From assembly GCA_029953675.1 (NCBI GenBank), contig JAMWBK010000001.1, forward strand, positions 744,001 to 808,000: a stretch of DNA of 64,000 nucleotides, written 5' to 3'. A program made the translations under genes and the position numbers. Source of the stretch: Rhodosorus marinus CCMP1338 (taxonomy: Eukaryota; Plantae; Rhodophyta). Positions 59,969 to 64,000 of this stretch are shown piece by piece; position 1 is the first letter of the stretch; each line of letters starts with the position of its first letter. The notes beneath the pieces are model-generated. The model was given only the letters and a program-made list of their open reading frames with translations. It ran no database searches and had not been told where the DNA came from.

Positions 59969-61160
59969 ATGGGTCTAAGGGAGTTTGACTATGGGCCTCT
60001 GGTTTCTGTTGAACGAGGCACCGAGGTGACCACTCGTGAAAGGAAACGGCAATGGAACGAATTGAGACCGCTTTTTATGAGGACGAGAATGGTTTCCCAT
60101 GCGGCTGGGAGTTCGTACCTTGAGGCGGAGAATAGTAAGGTAAAGGTTTTTGCGTTAGCGAAGCGTTTGAACAGCTTGAGGTAGCTCCTTTTGACGGTGA
60201 TCCTTTGCTCCTCCCACGACTGTCGGGTCAAACTTCAAAAGGTTATCTGCTCCGTGAATGGACCGTTGGCAAACACGGGTGGGAGAACGGAGGCGATTGA
60301 GAGGGCGAAGATTTCGTGTTACATCTCGCGAACAAAGTTTTGCGGTCTGGAGGACGACGAGCTCGAGAAAAGGGCGACTACTGAGTACGAAGGGATCGTT
60401 TGCCGAGCTCTCGAAAGTATTGTCCGTGTCGAGCAGTATCCGAAGAGCACGATTGAGGTCCACGTCCTTGTAATAGAGGTACACGAGGTCATAGTTTGCG
60501 ACCTCAGCGGATATATTTTGTTCAACATCTCACAGTCTCTAATCTTTGAATCATCGCCAAGGATGATGGATCGACACTCTCGGCGGCAATTACTTGCGCT
60601 TGTCTGGCTCTAGCCGACGCGAAGATTGAGCTGAGGGAGCTCATGGCCTGCTGCTCAGTTGTGAATGCCAATGGACAGCTGTTACTCGATCCAACTCTTG
60701 GTGAGGCCAAAAACGCAAACCACACTGTGCTCCTGTTTCTTAGCTGCAAGCCACCCGGGGGATGCCTGAGCCCTCGATATCCGATCCTTTGCTAACAACG
60801 GAGTTGCCTTGACATCCGCAGATGAAGAAAAGGAAGCCTCCGGTAGCGTTCTGGTTTCATACTTGGCGACTTCCGGAAAGGTCTCCACGGTTTTTCAGGT
60901 CAGTGAACATGCACAAATCAAAATCTCCTCAATAAATTTCAGGGTTGAGCTGTTTCCTCTGCCTCAGTATTGTCCGTCTTGAAGCTGACATACATCGTTT
61001 CATCTCTCGCCGTGGTGTTCTTTCAATCCGATAGACGGGTCAGCTCGCTTACGACGAAATGGCGCAGGCAGTCGAATTGACGATAAGTGGCGCAAGGGAA
61101 ATTGCGGTTCTCGTTCGCAACTGCCTTAGACAAAGAGAATCCAAGGACAGAGGTTTATAG
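59969..61160 (+). CDS. MTR3: Exosome RNase PH-like subunit (MTR3/RRP41-like), multi-exon
   Basis: ELRPLFMRTRMVSHAAGSSYLEAENSKV|ICSVNGP...RALESIVRVEQYPKSTIEVHVLVIE|DDGSTLSAAITCACLALADA...LLDPT. Confidence 0.85.
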
Positions 61161-61368
61161 GAAAGTCTAAAGCGCAATCACGCCTATTTAAGGAACGCAT
61201 AAAATTAAGCTTCAAGGATGTTATACTGTAATCGATTTCCATTTACAAAACTGGCTCTTTTGTGCTTCTAAGACTTCCTAAACGTGAGATTATCGTGTCT
61301 GCGCCCCCGAGCTTCCTCGCCGACCGAGCGAAGGTGCACACAACAAACCGTGGAAGGACCTAGCTCCC

Positions 61369-62854
61369 TCACCGGCGACGACCGCGGTGGCCAGTCGCGA
61401 GGAGCTCCCTATAACCTTTTCGGGCAGCCTGCACCTGCTTCCACACCAAGCCATACAGGATTGGTAGCGAAATGAGGAACAGGGATATCCCAATCGCGAC
61501 GTGATGAATAGTGGCTGCTCTCATGGACTGCGCTTCATCAAAGGCTGCATCCTCTTCCTCTGTCGCTTCCGCTTCGAGATCGTTTGGTATTCTACCCGGC
61601 TGGAGTGTTTAAAAACAAAACGAGTTTTTAGGATTAACTTTCTTCTACCAGCAAGCAAAAGCAGGATCGCTGCCAAAAAGGGGGCGAACACGGGATCAGA
61701 CAGTTAAATTCTGGAAGATACACTCACGTTGGGGTAAACTCTGAATATAACTTTGCCGATAATGTTCTCAATAGACACGGGCCCGTACATTCTTGAGTCC
61801 AAGGATCGGTGAGGGTTATCACCCTGTAGCCAGAAGTGGTCCTTGGGCATCATGAACTCAGTTTTGTCATCAAGAATGATGGTATCTCCCTCCTGAGGAT
61901 ATTGGAAACGGCAGCATCTTCGTGTTCAGTACGGCGGTGCTTGATTCGGAAACAAACATGCTACGTGAAGCTGTTGAGGGGTACCATCGCGCGTATTCTC
62001 TTCAATACACGCTTGCCGGGGTTTTGCTTCTTCGGGTCTGGTGGCTTTGCGACAACCACATCACCTATTTCGTATCCTCTTCTACGAGCCCCGAATGTTC
62101 CTATGAGGACGATGTCGCCAGTGCTACCACTGTTAAAGGTAGGCAGCATTGAAGGTCCACCCAACTACAACGAAGCAAAGCAATCAAAAATTTGATGGGT
62201 TCAGCGTCACAAAATGGCTGGGATCTTTCCCACAGTTGCTTTTCTGTACAAGGATCGGAGAACTCACCGTAGTGGGAAAGAAGAAGAGCACTCTAAAAAG
62301 CCATCCCCCAGCAACAATGAGTCCGAACCGGAAGAACACCCACGCACCATTCTCTATCCAGTAGAGCAGTTTGTTTCGGAAGGAAACTGCTCTCCAAGAT
62401 AGCGACAAAGGTGAAGGAAACAAGTATACGGTGATGAATCGTGTGTGAAAGACGTGAACGGTCTTCTCACATTGTGCGTTTTGTTTCCAATCATACCTTC
62501 CGGAATCACCTTGCTGAACTGGAGTATTTTATCTATGCTAAACCTCCTCCAGTCTGGCTTCGGTCTCGATATGTAGTATTTTGGCAGCGGCTCTCTTCCA
62601 GGAAAATAGTCGTACCATTTCGGCTTGGTTTTTCGTACGGCCGCTTTCGACTGGTGATACGCTATTTCCATCATCCTTGTCTTCGAGACGATTGGTGCCC
62701 TACCGGGTAAAACATGCCGCTGTTTCTTGTGTCGGAACCGTACTTGAGTATATACATCAGGTCTCTCTAGACAGCCTCTACTTCTAAGAAGAAGGCTCTT
62801 GCAGCCGCCCTGCATCCTTGGCAAAGCCCCTTCCAAAGCCGCAAACCCAGGCAC
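61369..62854 (-). CDS. Mitochondrial inner-membrane peptidase IMP1/IMP2 family (S26) with long N- and C-terminal extensions
   Basis: Catalytic Ser/Lys motifs GGPSMLPTFN, GDVVVAKPP..KRVLKRIRAM|EGDTI and PKDHFWLQGDNPHRSLDSRMYGPV. In-frame GT-AG introns 62496-62387 and 62267-62165 join the upstream 119-aa exon. Confidence 0.82.
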
Positions 62855-64000
62855 TGGGTTTGGCTAACTCCAACAAAGTTCTTCCAGCTTCGAAACAGCC
62901 AGTATTTGAATGAAACAAACACACTCGGAACTACAGTGTCCCTAAGAAATCACTCAGTCACTCCTCACGCTGCAACTTGTCCTCCAATACAATGCAACCG
63001 CGCTTACTCAACTGCCGACCCGGTCACCGACGGTGGAAGCAAAGAGCTTCAGGCGCGGAGCGCTAGCTTTGGAGAAGCAGACAGATCTTCTTGGGAAGTG
63101 GACATGTCGACATGAGAATAATGGAGAAGAAGATGGTTGTGCTTGACATCGGTTCTTGATCAAGCCCCCTTTCCGGACGATTGCCTGATCGCTTCCAGTG
63201 ACATCGCCTACATCTGTGGGGACAGCCTTCGGTCCAAGCTGTGGGATCCAAAAGTTTGCATCGGAATTCTAAACGAGATCGTGCTGAATCCCTGCTATTG
63301 AAGAGTCAAGAAAAGTCGCATGAGCCAGACAAGTGGCCGGTCACTGTTTTTCTAGCGGGGCTTAAGCGATCCGGCTCTTGTTCAAAATGACGGACCGATG
63401 CCAACGTAAGAGGATTTCATGAAGGGGATCTTGGAAAGAGAATCGCAGCCTTTAATTTGGGCGATTGTGCAACTTCGGACATGCCTCAATCTCGAGCGAG
63501 GATGAGGAGTTGTAACCTCCCGATCCAGCCTCAAACGAAAAAAACTCAAGTCAGTCATCACGCAACTTAAATTTTCCTCATTATTTGAAAAAGGTAGAGA
63601 ATTTTAACAGTATATCACCCAATGAAATCCCTCCAAATCGGAGATCAATCAATAACACCCGTCCGCCTGTAAAGGAATCCCTGAAATGGTTTTATTCCTG
63701 TTCCCTTAGTCCTATGAATCAATGAAACATACGCACGTGTCTTTTTCGTGAAGAAATCCAATTGCATATCCGTAAAAAAGCTGAAAGCTCGTTTTATTAA
63801 TACACGCGTCCTATACCAAAATTTGTCCAATGGTAAGGTAGTAGGTGCCATTTTCTTCCAGTACTATTAGAGTAGCTTCAGTACTGGTGAAATAGTTTAA
63901 AAATATATATTTTTACCGTTCAGTACGATGAAAAAGAACAACACATTGCTAAGGATGTGTTTTTGAGTAATAGTTCTCCCCCTTTTCGTTTCGCTCGTTT

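Noticed and set aside
62906-63500. Short ORFs on both strands
   Set aside because: No family motif or consistent exon chain.

Overview
Compact, intron-rich eukaryotic nuclear DNA (about 50% GC, GT-AG introns mostly 50-130 bp, AT-rich or strand-skewed intergenic tracts). The fused plastid-type glycyl-tRNA synthetase, transit-peptide-like N-termini, PgsA, a DUF2358 protein and PPR genes point to a unicellular Archaeplastida alga, probably a red alga (inference). Recognisable genes, with exons joined by eye: glyQS, cornichon, SLC35D-type sugar-nucleotide transporter, ALIX/BRO1, two PPR proteins, pgsA, mnmE, TRAPPC4/TRS23, ESF1, RRP15, HMG-CoA synthase, DUF2358, SPT20, exosome MTR3/RRP41-like, and an IMP1/2 peptidase with unusual extensions. 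Accessory DNA includes: (i) a 4.2 kb array of four alternating inverted copies of a roughly 1 kb unit (48332-52550), with over 20 GCCCTAT motifs at the unit ends, a perfect palindrome at the fold centre and a possible 8-bp target-site duplication; (ii) a 196-nt hairpin beside back-to-back scrambled mnmE fragments (27364-27892); (iii) two convergent nests of CRE-like non-LTR retrotransposon 3' ends (7964-10895) around a nested perfect palindrome; (iv) an RTX-repeat Ca-binding gene and a copia RT relic. No CRISPR, rRNA or tRNA was supported. All family assignments come from motif recognition by eye, not database searches.
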